DNA of 64,000 bases from Candidatus Latescibacterota bacterium. Its GTDB lineage: Bacteria; Latescibacterota; UBA2968. Shown piece by piece: positions 9,616 to 19,536 of this stretch. A program made the position numbers and the translations under genes. The notes beneath the pieces are model-generated. The model saw nothing but the letters and a program-made list of their open reading frames with translations. It was not told where the DNA came from and ran no database searches. The stretch spans positions 2,752,001-2,816,000 of the forward strand of contig OZ242311.1 of NCBI GenBank assembly GCA_965207885.1, read 5' to 3'. Each line of letters opens with the position of its first letter. Position 1 is the stretch's first letter.

Positions 9616-11850
9616 TCACGCTGAGCAGTCCCTGGCGTCTTTTGTACCGGTATCAAATGCCCATCCATCCCACATGTTGTCAGCGGTCGCTGGCACATCC
9701 TCTCGAAAGTTTCGGGTATCGACCCACCACTGACGGTTTGGCGCTGGTCCATGCGACAGGTTAAAATATGGCGTCATACCATCTCGTTGATACTCACAAG
9801 GAACGACGAGACGCACGACAGGGCGATCGCGGTCAGCAGAGCGATTGACACCTCCCCCGTGAACAAGGCGAGGATGCCAGAAAACAACGTCCCCTGCTTT
9901 GCCGGAAAACTCCACTGGTGCAATCTCTCTCAGCACATTGTCACGGGCTTTGCTATATGGCTCTGCGAGGTCGGGGTCAAGGGGACCGTAAACAGTAGTG
10001 TGATACAGGTGACTCATGTAATGTGACCCCGGCCAGATTGTAAAGCCACCACAGTGCGGAGGCACTGTATCTACAAAAACCATTGCAGATAATTGAGCCG
10101 CTGTATGGTCTCCATGGGGGGCTAAACGACTTTCTGAATTTGGTGGTTTTGGAAATATACAATAGACCCCTCGCACCCGGTTTGAACGTTTAACTGGGTC
10201 GCCGATAAACAATGAAACCAACTGCCGCATACGTGGGTGGTTGGCGATCTTATCGACAAAAAAAGGCTCTGTACCAATTTTACGCGAGCGCATCTTCCAG
10301 GTGCCGCGCGCAAATTGCCCTGCCTTTTCGGCATCCGCCTCTGTCCACTGCCCGTGTGGCGCATCGAACCACGTTTGCACATCGTCGCGTTTGACAATCT
10401 CACGCGGCACATTTTCCCAAACATAATCCACGATCCGGTCAAACGTCTCCTTCTCTTGCAGAAATCCGCGTTTCACAAGAAAACCATTCTCTTTGAAAAA
10501 CGCGACTTCGGCTTCACTGAGGGTTGGGTCTCCGTTCAAAAATTCTGGATCGGGCAAGAGGGCGGGGTCTCCGTTCGCAAATTCTGGATCGACCAATACC
10601 TGGGGATCACGGATGACGACGTCTTCGGAAATTCTGAGCGCGTGTAAACCGCTTCCTTCAAATGGCGGCACCAAAAGATTGTAGATTTGTTGCGCTTTCT
10701 CTTTCTGATTCATGCATGCCAATTCGGCTTTCACAGGCTCAAAATCCATATTTAAATAAAGGTAAGCGGCGAGCCTCATACATCTAAATGCAGGCTCCCC
10801 AGAAAAGGGTTGAATCTGTGGAAGCGTCCACTCGCGATCGCCCATCCAGTAGGGATAAAGCCAATCAAAGGCGCGTCGCATGGATCGCCCATCGGTAGAT
10901 TCAAAATTGGCGAGATCAATACCCCACTGTCGGCCAATCTCAGCGAGTTCTAAAAGAAGCTCTAAATTCATACTCGCGTATCCAAGTGCCTTTGTGCGTG
11001 CGAGTTCCAGAGGCTGTTGACCATCTGGCTCAATCTGAGCAGCAATCCTTCTTTCTCCCACCCCTTTTAATATCATTCGCGCAAGATCTGATTGCCCCAC
11101 AAAAAGCGCGAATGTCACAACCTGAATATCATAAGAACTCGAATGGTTATTGCCATGACGCGCTTCGTCAACCCCATAAGGATGCTTCAACATCCATTCG
11201 AGAAACGCGTGAAACCAGGCCTGCAAATCTTCCATATCTTTTTGGGACCAGTTCTTAGAGTCGCGCAAAAAACTGACCGCAGGGAGCATCTCGCGTGCAA
11301 ATGCAGCCGTCTCAATAAGCCCGATACCTCGCCCTTCGCATATCCCGGGTATGGCCTGCCCAAACAAAAGGTTTGGGTTCATCCTGGTTTCGGGATTCAT
11401 AAACCATGTTCGCAACAACAATGCAGCCTGAGCAGCGTAGTCTTCTCGATGTGTAAAACCATACGCTAACCCCAGCGTTTTCACCGTTGAAATGAATTTT
11501 GCCAACAAAGGGCGGTCCGTTTTTTCAACCTCGGGATTGACCTCGCCATCTCGTCGGATATAAGGCAAACCGTCAGGCTTATCGGGGTCTGGCCACCAGT
11601 AAGGTCCAACACTCATGTAATCGTGTTTGTCACCACTGGCAGGCAAGATCGGTTTGTTCACAATGGTCAGCGGTTCCTGCTTCAAAGCGGCATCCGCTTT
11701 CACAAGCAGGGCTTTAAGGGCTTGCCCACACGGGTTATCTTCCCGTTTGCTCAACGAGCGCGCCCGCTTGATATAATCGGGATCTACTGTAAATATAGGT
11801 TCAGCAGGTGAAAACGCCTTGAGCAGATCAGCTTCTTTGTCCGGATACAT
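9616..11850 (-). CDS. Alginate lyase domain (PF05426-like) fused to PhyH-family Fe(II)/2OG dioxygenase
   Basis: KHDYMSVGPYWWPDP..GLPYIRRDG and GNNH; then FFKENGFLV, PHGDH, WPGSH, GDVVFWHPRLVHG in one 744-aa ORF. Confidence 0.85.
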   Translation of the reverse strand: MYPDKEADLLKAFSPAEPIFTVDPDYIKRARSLSKREDNPCGQALKALLVKADAALKQEPLTIVNKPILPASGDKHDYMSVGPYWWPDPDKPDGLPYIRRDGEVNPEVEKTDRPLLAKFISTVKTLGLAYGFTHREDYAAQAALLLRTWFMNPETRMNPNLLFGQAIPGICEGRGIGLIETAAFAREMLPAVSFLRDSKNWSQKDMEDLQAWFHAFLEWMLKHPYGVDEARHGNNHSSSYDIQVVTFALFVGQSDLARMILKGVGERRIAAQIEPDGQQPLELARTKALGYASMNLELLLELAEIGRQWGIDLANFESTDGRSMRRAFDWLYPYWMGDREWTLPQIQPFSGEPAFRCMRLAAYLYLNMDFEPVKAELACMNQKEKAQQIYNLLVPPFEGSGLHALRISEDVVIRDPQVLVDPEFANGDPALLPDPEFLNGDPTLSEAEVAFFKENGFLVKRGFLQEKETFDRIVDYVWENVPREIVKRDDVQTWFDAPHGQWTEADAEKAGQFARGTWKMRSRKIGTEPFFVDKIANHPRMRQLVSLFIGDPVKRSNRVRGVYCIFPKPPNSESRLAPHGDHTAAQLSAMVFVDTVPPHCGGFTIWPGSHYMSHLYHTTVYGPLDPDLAEPYSKARDNVLREIAPVEFSGKAGDVVFWHPRLVHGGGVNRSADRDRPVVRLVVPCEYQRDGMTPYFNLSHGPAPNRQWWVDTRNFREDVPATADNMWDGWAFDTGTKDARDCSA
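10526..10603 (-). repeat. Imperfect 39-bp tandem duplication in the lyase-dioxygenase linker
   Basis: GGGTCTCCGTTCnnAAATTCTGGATCG at 10526 and 10565; encodes DPEFANGDP / DPEFLNGDP. Confidence 0.85.
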
Positions 11851-11874
11851 GTGAATACTCCTGTTTTAAGTTGG

Positions 11875-13806
11875 TTATTGTAAATCGATTTCCAGTTGCA
11901 AATAATCGTACATAACGCCAAAGTGAGGGTAGTTCTGTCGTTGCCCGCGGTGTTGTTTCCGTGGGAGGAGGTCGAGCGTCAACACATTCTCTCCTGTGCG
12001 CAACAGCGACGCATCAAACGCGATAAAGTGCTCGCTGAAGCGCCCGTAGATGCCACTGCGGGGAAGCGCACTGTCGTTCTCCAAACCGGTAATCTTATCC
12101 AGAGGTTTGCCATTGAGGCCGATAGCGATTCCCCCATCGCGATTTACCGACGCCAGAGCGATTGTGAGGGTCGCGCGCCCGGACATTGGCTCATCGCATT
12201 GAAATCGAATCTTCCAGGTAGGTAGTCGCCAGTTGCCTTCTCCAGTCCGGTCAGCAGGCTGTATGCGGGGTTGCCATCCGCCTTTTTCTTCCCAAATTGC
12301 CATATGTGCATAATTCCAGTCGCTTCGCTCTTTGCTCTTTCCGACCGCGAAATCGACATCCTCGGGAAAATCCTTCTGGTAATTGAACCATAGCCCCCAG
12401 TGGCGATGGTCATCTCCGCGTCGAAATTCAGCAGCAGTTCGGTCTGGTTTTCCGACACGCCAGAGCAACTTGCCGAAAGAACGGGGTGACCACTGCAGAC
12501 TGCCGAGTTTGACTTCGCCGGTTGCGTCGATCGTGACGTCATCTTTTCTAAACTCACCAATCATGTCAGGGGCAAATGCATAAAGCGTATATCTTCCTTT
12601 TCGGACAGCCGGTATTGCATAGGAACCATCAGCCGCCATCCTGGCGCGGTAGATGTAGTTCTCTGCGCCTTGCTGCTGCCAGTCCAGCCCTCGATATTCC
12701 TGGGGCTGCGCCAGTACGACCCATCCATTGCTGTGGTGTGTTAGACCCGTATCTTTGAATCTTCCCGTAACCACAGCCCTGTCGATCGGGTACTCCGGAT
12801 GTTCCAGCCAGCTGTAGGGCCAGCGCTTTCGATGTTTTTCACCCTCGCGCTTTGCATCATACCACAAATGCCGGGCATCTTCACCTTTGTTCATATAAAC
12901 AAATACCGGCCCGAAGACCTTCTCCCATTTACCGCTGACGTAATCCCCTCTGCTGCCGTAGTGGTGAGAATACAGCAGCTTCAGGATGATCGGCCCCCGA
13001 TCAGTCGCGTGGCTGGTATTGTGTTGTTTTGTCGGACCGCCGCAGAGGTATTCATTGCTCGGCGTGACCATCCACACGCCCTGCTTTCCATTGTGCAAAC
13101 CGTGTACAAGAGCCTCCTGAGTTGGAGATGACCAGTTATACTTTGTATCCACTTCTCCCGATTGGAGCGCATGTGTGGCATCCATCACCATGCCCTTTGC
13201 GCTGGATATTGCCTTGCTATCCGGAATCACACCAGAGAGCTTGTCATTGACCCTGATATTCACCATCGAATCGTTTAGGCGCATCCCAAAACGAAGCTGT
13301 GTCAGCACGGCGTCGCCCGTATCCCCGGGTTTGCTAGCTACAACATAATAATAGAACCCCGAATCACCCGCTCTCAGGACATAATGGAGCTCCATCTTGA
13401 ACGGGAAACCTGCGGGTTGTTTGGGGGTGAATGAAATATCGACCATTTCCGGGTTATTGACGTGGATGTTGAACTCAGGGCTTTGGTCGCGCAAAAACTT
13501 TGCCTTCACGTTCGACTCTTTGCCCGCCATATAGTTTGTTTCCGAATCATCGACATAACTGGCCAGGATGGTGAAATATCCGAACTGTTTGGGAGATAGG
13601 AGAGAGTCCCCCTGATATTCCAACGAGATAATCCGCCCCGTAGATTTTTGGATCGCCATCGAGACGGAACTATTTTTAAGGATGATTCTATTGCCAGATT
13701 CAACAAGCATTGAAACCTCTGCGAAAACCGGCGTGCTGATCATACACTGGATGGATACGAGCAGAATGCACGCCGCGCATCTGCCAAATCCAATTTTTTT
13801 GAACAT
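11875..13806 (-). CDS. Rhamnogalacturonan lyase, polysaccharide lyase family 4, secreted
   Basis: EYLCGGPTKQ, SHHYG, WEKVFGP, WPYSW, GKPDRTAAEF, MYDYLQLE; signal peptide from ATG 13806. Confidence 0.9.
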   Translation of the reverse strand: MFKKIGFGRCAACILLVSIQCMISTPVFAEVSMLVESGNRIILKNSSVSMAIQKSTGRIISLEYQGDSLLSPKQFGYFTILASYVDDSETNYMAGKESNVKAKFLRDQSPEFNIHVNNPEMVDISFTPKQPAGFPFKMELHYVLRAGDSGFYYYVVASKPGDTGDAVLTQLRFGMRLNDSMVNIRVNDKLSGVIPDSKAISSAKGMVMDATHALQSGEVDTKYNWSSPTQEALVHGLHNGKQGVWMVTPSNEYLCGGPTKQHNTSHATDRGPIILKLLYSHHYGSRGDYVSGKWEKVFGPVFVYMNKGEDARHLWYDAKREGEKHRKRWPYSWLEHPEYPIDRAVVTGRFKDTGLTHHSNGWVVLAQPQEYRGLDWQQQGAENYIYRARMAADGSYAIPAVRKGRYTLYAFAPDMIGEFRKDDVTIDATGEVKLGSLQWSPRSFGKLLWRVGKPDRTAAEFRRGDDHRHWGLWFNYQKDFPEDVDFAVGKSKERSDWNYAHMAIWEEKGGWQPRIQPADRTGEGNWRLPTWKIRFQCDEPMSGRATLTIALASVNRDGGIAIGLNGKPLDKITGLENDSALPRSGIYGRFSEHFIAFDASLLRTGENVLTLDLLPRKQHRGQRQNYPHFGVMYDYLQLEIDLQ

Positions 13807-13926
13807 TTTGTGTTTTGCTATGAGGCGTTGCACGATGAAATGTCTTGATTGAGGTTCATTTTTGTATGTACTATACGCAGTAGTTTCTACACTTACACTC
13901 AACTCGAAACAATGGGAAGAATATAT

Positions 13927-15336
13927 ATGGCACAAGTACGACCACACATACTCATTCTCACGGCGGACCAGCTACGGGCGGATTCTATGGGCTGCGCCGG
14001 TCATCCGCGGGTCAAAACGCCGGTCATCGACTCGCTTGCCAACGACGGCATGCGGTTCAGCAATTGCCACACCGTGTCGCCGGTCTGCCAGCCGTCGCGC
14101 GTGTCGTTCATCACTGGCACCTATCCTCACAACCACGGCATCTGGTACAACCGCGGCGAACTGCCGATCAACTACCCGACGCTGTTCTCCCAATTGCGGG
14201 ACGCTGGCTACCACACGGCAACCGTCGGCAAGTCGCACCTCTGGAGCCACAGAAAGGTGTCTCATTTGCGCGAAGGCGAGCCGTATATGCAAGCGCTCGG
14301 CTTTGACGTCATCGACGAACTCGGAGGACCGCGGGGGAGTCTCAACTCGGACTCGTACTTCACCGACTACCTGCGCGAGAAGGATCTGTTCGAGCTCTTC
14401 GTCAGCGATACACGCGAACGGGTTCGCGACCCAAAGCTCGTCAAACCAGCGGTGTTTGAGGAGGACGACCACATGGACGGGTACGTGGGCAGGCGTTCGG
14501 TCGAGTTCGTCGATTCTGCGCCCGGGGACCGTCCGACCTGTCTGTCCGTCAATTTCCCCGGGCCACATGACCCGTGGGATGCGCCGGGGAAGTACGCCAC
14601 CATGTACGATCCGGCCGATTCGCCGCCCGCCATCGGCGTGCCGCCGCGACCCGCCACGCTCCCCGACGAAGTCGCCCAGAAGGAGGACTTCAAGACGGAG
14701 CCGGGTCTGACCGCTGAAATCGCCGCCGCGATCCGGGCAAATTACGATGGCAAGATCACATTCGTCGATCACTGGTGCGGTGAGATCCTTGCGGCGTATG
14801 AACGGCGCGGCTGGCTCGATGATCTCTGTGTCGTGTTCTGGTCCGATCACGGCGAAATGACCGGCGATCACGGCAGGGTGTTCAAACGCACCTTTCACGA
14901 ATCTGCATTGCGGGTCCCCCTGATCCTGCGCTGGCCCGGGCGGATACCGTCGGGTACTGTCTGCGACGCACTGGTGGAAACTATCGATGTCGGCCCTGCC
15001 TTGCTGGAAGCCCTGGGGCTCGACCAGTTGCAGATGTCCCTTGGGCAGTCGCTGGGGCATTTGTTCGCGGAGCCGACCGCGCACCACCGCACCGAGGTAT
15101 TGTCAGAGATTTTCTACGGTGGTTCGCGCAATACGATGGTGAAAACCGACCGCTACAAATACGCCATGGATCAGCACGGCAGGGGGTACATGCTGTACGA
15201 TATGCAGCAGGACCCGGATGAGCAGCAAAATCTGATCGGCGATCCCGAGCATCGGGATACGGAGAACGAGATGCGGGACACGCTGCTTCGCCGCCTCGCT
15301 GCCAGCGCGTTTGTCATGGACAGCGTGAACCTTTGA
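13927..15336 (+). CDS. Cys-type sulfatase
   Basis: PHILILTADQLRAD, CQPSR, GKSH, PHDP, SDHGE. Confidence 0.95.
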   Translation: MAQVRPHILILTADQLRADSMGCAGHPRVKTPVIDSLANDGMRFSNCHTVSPVCQPSRVSFITGTYPHNHGIWYNRGELPINYPTLFSQLRDAGYHTATVGKSHLWSHRKVSHLREGEPYMQALGFDVIDELGGPRGSLNSDSYFTDYLREKDLFELFVSDTRERVRDPKLVKPAVFEEDDHMDGYVGRRSVEFVDSAPGDRPTCLSVNFPGPHDPWDAPGKYATMYDPADSPPAIGVPPRPATLPDEVAQKEDFKTEPGLTAEIAAAIRANYDGKITFVDHWCGEILAAYERRGWLDDLCVVFWSDHGEMTGDHGRVFKRTFHESALRVPLILRWPGRIPSGTVCDALVETIDVGPALLEALGLDQLQMSLGQSLGHLFAEPTAHHRTEVLSEIFYGGSRNTMVKTDRYKYAMDQHGRGYMLYDMQQDPDEQQNLIGDPEHRDTENEMRDTLLRRLAASAFVMDSVNL

Positions 15337-15360
15337 AAACAGCCTCCGAGACCGGCACGT

Positions 15361-16287
15361 CTAATCAGCAACGATTCTCTGATCAGAAGCACGCGTTTCG
15401 CTATTTTCATCCCCAAAAGCCGCGTTGTCTTCGTCGTAATATCTGTTGTATCGTATGTTATTCCCCCCGCTTACCCACACGGCGCGAAACAGCGTTTGCC
15501 GTTTTGGCGGCATTGTAGCAATCACTTCTTTGGGTACGCTGCGACCTCCCCATCTGCTGTTTACGGCATTGTAGAGGTGAAATAAGCTCAACCGCTGGCG
15601 ATTCTCGTTTGTCCACCGAGTACCGGTATGACATAGTGCTTCTGTGAAGATCATCGCAGAACCTGCAGGACATGTATATGTATCCCAAATTTCGCTCTCG
15701 CGGTTGCTCAATGAATCAGGTCGGCTAAATGCCGCCTTGTGGCTACCGGAAGCCAGCAGGGTGCCCCCGTCACCCGGCCCGATCTCATTCAATTCCCAAA
15801 CCACGCGTGTCAATCCTGAATGCACCTTGCCTGGAAGCATCTGGTAGATGTGTGAATTTCCAATGAGATTGAAATAGCCGCTGCCCCCGTGAGGCTTGAA
15901 TCGATCGTATCCCACCTCGCGATAGTCAGTGCGTGTGCGCTCAAATGTAAACCCATAACAGTCCTCGGTTGCCAACTGCTGACTTGCAACAATCTCATTC
16001 AAAATCCCGACAATCACGGGATGATCCAGCAGTGCTTGAGAAGGTCCTCCCACCGGATTCCGTTCTTCTGGCGGAAGCGACTCAGGCTCCTTAACGAGCT
16101 TCATCTGATGTTCGTGAATCTCTGCCAACTGATCGCCTTCAACCAATCCCGGCAGGCAAATCCAGCCCTTCATATCAAACAGGTACTTGTGCTCTTCGGT
16201 CATGGGAATGACCGGGAGCCCATCGGCATTGGTTGTCGGTAACATTTTGCCCACATCAGGCTCCAGGTTTGGACGTCCTCGATTCAT
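15361..16287 (-). CDS. PhyH-family Fe/2OG oxygenase with HGG motif
   Basis: KYLFDMKGW, PHGG, SGSHK, IFTEALCH, RQR. Confidence 0.85.
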   Translation of the reverse strand: MNRGRPNLEPDVGKMLPTTNADGLPVIPMTEEHKYLFDMKGWICLPGLVEGDQLAEIHEHQMKLVKEPESLPPEERNPVGGPSQALLDHPVIVGILNEIVASQQLATEDCYGFTFERTRTDYREVGYDRFKPHGGSGYFNLIGNSHIYQMLPGKVHSGLTRVVWELNEIGPGDGGTLLASGSHKAAFSRPDSLSNRESEIWDTYTCPAGSAMIFTEALCHTGTRWTNENRQRLSLFHLYNAVNSRWGGRSVPKEVIATMPPKRQTLFRAVWVSGGNNIRYNRYYDEDNAAFGDENSETRASDQRIVAD

Positions 16288-16315
16288 AGCTAACTCCTTT
16301 CTGTTATTATGGGAA

Positions 16316-17143
16316 TTATTTCCCTTTTGACGTATCTAACCAGCTGAGGCACACCCGTTGTCGAGTGGCGATTTCCTTTTTGTGGGTGTAGTGCGCCGTT
16401 TCGAGCAATTCGAGTGTTTCGGGCGCCAGCCGCTCTTTGACCGCCTCAGGAATGGGACGGCCGGGCTGGCGGTGGTGTGGGCGGTAGCGCAACGTTAACA
16501 CCCGGCGTTGGCGATCGACGGGTTTCCAGGGCAGGACCCCGTGGGTCAGGCATTCGGGTATAATGACCACATCCCCAGCTGAGGGCGTGATATTGATGAC
16601 TCCCAACGGGACTTCTCCTTCGATGCGACCCTGGGAAAATAGCTGCGGTGGCCGGTCAAACTGGCTTTTGTGCGAACCCGGAAGCACGAGGAGCCCGCCA
16701 TCACCTGGATGTACATCGTCCAAGTAGGGAAACACCACAAAGTCGTCGCAATAGATACGGCCCTGGTGTATCTCGTAACGGGCGCTCTCAAAGCCGTAGT
16801 CGTCGCGGGCGCAGTGCAGCGGACTCGCCTCGGTGTGTCCGTCGGGGTCGTCGACCATGAGGGTACCGCTGGCGAGCATAGGTTTGCCGTTTGTCAGCTC
16901 CAGCACGATGGGCCAGACTGCGGGCAGAAAGACCAGCTTTTCCAGCGCCCGGTCAAAGGCGAAGCCGTGAGCAAAGCCCTTGAGATTTTCTGATTGTCCG
17001 AAATGCGGCGGCAGGTCTTCCGGTGCGCTGTCGATGTAGCGCCTGGCAGCCTCCGAAGCCGCATCCAGTTCCTCCGGAGTCAGGACGTTCTTCAGGTGCA
17101 GAAAACCGCATAGATCAAAAAGATAGCGTTGTTCTTCGGTCAT
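16316..17143 (-). CDS. PhyH-family Fe/2OG oxygenase with HCA motif
   Basis: RYLFDLCGF, LHCA, PGSHK, PECLTHG, RQRR. Confidence 0.85.
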   Translation of the reverse strand: MTEEQRYLFDLCGFLHLKNVLTPEELDAASEAARRYIDSAPEDLPPHFGQSENLKGFAHGFAFDRALEKLVFLPAVWPIVLELTNGKPMLASGTLMVDDPDGHTEASPLHCARDDYGFESARYEIHQGRIYCDDFVVFPYLDDVHPGDGGLLVLPGSHKSQFDRPPQLFSQGRIEGEVPLGVINITPSAGDVVIIPECLTHGVLPWKPVDRQRRVLTLRYRPHHRQPGRPIPEAVKERLAPETLELLETAHYTHKKEIATRQRVCLSWLDTSKGK

Positions 17144-17424
17144 TATCGTCAGCCTTGCCTTTCGTCAAAACAGTGAATTTGGACCCCTTAGAATCAAAGA
17201 AGCTATTTTCCGTTGTTGTTATAGTCCCACCGCGAACACTCACGCACCATCGGCAGTGGGCGAGATGTAAAATCATCTTTGAACAGTTTCTAAACTCTGT
17301 TAAGTTTTTTGTTATGATCTTGCCCAGTTTCCAACCCTATTGAGGCTTAAGTCTATGAAACCCATGGCGCGTTTGTCGTTTTGCATACCTGCAGATCAGC
17401 GAGTAGATTTCCAGGAGGCCTTCC

Positions 17425-18471
17425 ATGGCTGATCCCGAAATCCTGGTGCTGGGCGGTCCCGAGCGCGATCTCTATCTGGCCCCGGCCGATCTGGAGCGCC
17501 TGGATAGCTTTGCGAATTGGACATGGCTCCCCTGTGAAGCGGGTCAGATCCAGCCCGGTCACCAGACCGAATTGTCGCGACGGCTGGCGTCCGTCCAGGC
17601 CCTGGTCGTCTATTCGGGGGCGCCCCATATCGGTCCCGAACTCATGGAACAAGCCCCCGAGCTACGCCTCATCGGCGAATTGAACGGCGATCGTTTCGCC
17701 GAGCGCATCGACGTGGAGGCGGCCTGGCAACGGGATATCCGCGTTGTTGACACCACCAATGGCTCGTCCTACCCTGTCTCTGAGTGGGCCCTGGGCCTTA
17801 TTCTCGTATCGTTGCGCAACGCCGGTTATTATCTGCGCCGCTACATGGAGGGAAATTGCCGCAAAACCCGCGACAACCCCAGCTTCCTGCGCGGCGAACT
17901 CACCGGCAAGACCGTGGGACTGATCGGCTGCGGCCATGCGGGCCGTCGCCTAATAGAATTGCTGCGTCCTTTCCGGGTCGCCATTCAGGTTTACGACCCC
18001 TACCTGCCTGGAACCATGGCCGAAGCCCTGGGCTTTCTCCTGACCTCACTCGAACAGGTCCTGTCGAGCTCCGATGCGATTGTCTGTCTGGCCCCGCAGA
18101 CCCCCGGGACCCAGGGCATGATCGGTCGGGCAGAACTGGATCTGATCCCCTCGGGGGCTGTACTGGTCAACGTCTCCCGCGGTCCCATCATCGATTCGGT
18201 CGCCCTGGTCGAACGCCTCAAGCGCGGCGATATTATCGCTGGCCTCGATGTTTTCGACCCCGACCCTATCCCCGACGGCCACGAAATAACCGGGCTGGAC
18301 AATGTATTCCTTACGCCCCATATCGCTGGCGTCACCCGGGCCGCCTACTGGCGCTTTTTCGAGCTGATGGTGGACGAACTAGACCGCTTTTTCCACGGCT
18401 TTGAGCCCTATTTCGAATTGACCCAGCGCACCCTGGACGACCGCAGCGGCCGTCGCCCCGCCACTCATTAA
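17425..18471 (+). CDS. D-isomer-specific 2-hydroxyacid dehydrogenase family protein
   Basis: GLIGCGHAG, NVSRG, LDVFDPDP, TPHIAG; AGGAGG RBS. Confidence 0.9.
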   Translation: MADPEILVLGGPERDLYLAPADLERLDSFANWTWLPCEAGQIQPGHQTELSRRLASVQALVVYSGAPHIGPELMEQAPELRLIGELNGDRFAERIDVEAAWQRDIRVVDTTNGSSYPVSEWALGLILVSLRNAGYYLRRYMEGNCRKTRDNPSFLRGELTGKTVGLIGCGHAGRRLIELLRPFRVAIQVYDPYLPGTMAEALGFLLTSLEQVLSSSDAIVCLAPQTPGTQGMIGRAELDLIPSGAVLVNVSRGPIIDSVALVERLKRGDIIAGLDVFDPDPIPDGHEITGLDNVFLTPHIAGVTRAAYWRFFELMVDELDRFFHGFEPYFELTQRTLDDRSGRRPATH

Positions 18472-18532
18472 AAAGAGGTCGGTTTAGTGATTACTCCCAC
18501 CCTAAAGGACAAATATTTATGGTCTTCATTTT

Positions 18533-19516
18533 TTAAGTCTCTTTGGGTGAAAGCAGAAAATGGTCAAACCACGCGACCATCTGCTCGAAGTACTCAACGA
18601 GAAAGCGATGATTGCCGTCGGGTTGATAGACTTTAAAACGATTATCGTGTCCTATTGCTGCATAGGCTTTTTTTACAACGGGTATAAGAGCATCGACGCC
18701 TTGACGCGGCATGTCTTCGTCCCGGGTGGGCGAGATCATCATAAAGGGGCGCGGAGGCATGCAGGTGGCTACGACGCGCGGATGATCAAAGTGACACAGG
18801 AAGTTGGGGATGTAGTAATAGGCACTGTGTCGTTCGTTGTCGCTATGGTGAATGACGCTGGCCAGGCTGCCAAGGCCACCACAGACAGTTACGCCTGCCG
18901 CGATCCAGGGTGCGCACGCCATTGAATACCAGGTTGCGTTGCCGCCAAGCGACATGCCTGTCAGGCCAATGCGGCTTTTGTCAACGCCATTTATCGCGCA
19001 AAGAATTCGAGCGGCTCTGAGTGTTTCTTCGACGAGAATGCCCATCTGGCTTCGTCCATACGGAGTCAGGAGCTTGTTCTCGGTTGCCCATTCTTCAATG
19101 CTGCGGCGTCTTCCTTCTGTGCCTTTGATCGAGATGGCCAGTGTCGTGAACCCTCTTCGCGCGAGTTCACGTCCCCAGCCAATCAATGGACCATCGGGAG
19201 ATTGATGGAATTGTGGATGAGCGACCCGTTCGGCAGAGCCGGATGTGCCAGAAATGCATACGATTCCCGGTCGCAATTTTCCCGTATGTCCAGGCGGTTC
19301 CAGGAGGATGGCCGGAACGGTTTCGTGCAGTGAGTTCTGATAGCTCAGATGGGTGACGCGAATGTCTTCGGTTTCTCGCGTTTCTGAGGTTGTGAAATCT
19401 ACGTTGTCTGGAATTGTAGCCAGTCCCAGAAGCTCTATGAGCTTTGCACGGATATCTGAGTCGGCAAGGTCAGATGTGGATGCTGGCTGGATGTCAGGTG
19501 GTATGATAGGAAACAT
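18533..19516 (-). CDS. Alpha/beta hydrolase (dienelactone hydrolase / esterase-like)
   Basis: GMSLGG nucleophile elbow, DED, C-terminal GNH. Confidence 0.85.
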   Translation of the reverse strand: MFPIIPPDIQPASTSDLADSDIRAKLIELLGLATIPDNVDFTTSETRETEDIRVTHLSYQNSLHETVPAILLEPPGHTGKLRPGIVCISGTSGSAERVAHPQFHQSPDGPLIGWGRELARRGFTTLAISIKGTEGRRRSIEEWATENKLLTPYGRSQMGILVEETLRAARILCAINGVDKSRIGLTGMSLGGNATWYSMACAPWIAAGVTVCGGLGSLASVIHHSDNERHSAYYYIPNFLCHFDHPRVVATCMPPRPFMMISPTRDEDMPRQGVDALIPVVKKAYAAIGHDNRFKVYQPDGNHRFLVEYFEQMVAWFDHFLLSPKET

Positions 19517-19536
19517 ATCGAGAAACCTTTATCATC

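Noticed and set aside
10526-10603. CRISPR-like repeat
   Set aside because: Only two in-frame copies inside a CDS, with no spacers
13807-13947. Overlapping N-terminal extensions of PL4 and the sulfatase in the ORF track (similarly at 7696, 21201, 32111, 53180, 53285, 56918)
   Set aside because: Downstream ATGs with RBS or signal peptides fit better; the extensions are longest-ORF artefacts
13972-15087. Long antisense ORF (also 22530..23399, 62586..63410 and others)
   Set aside because: Shadow frames of well-supported GC-rich genes, with no motifs or RBS
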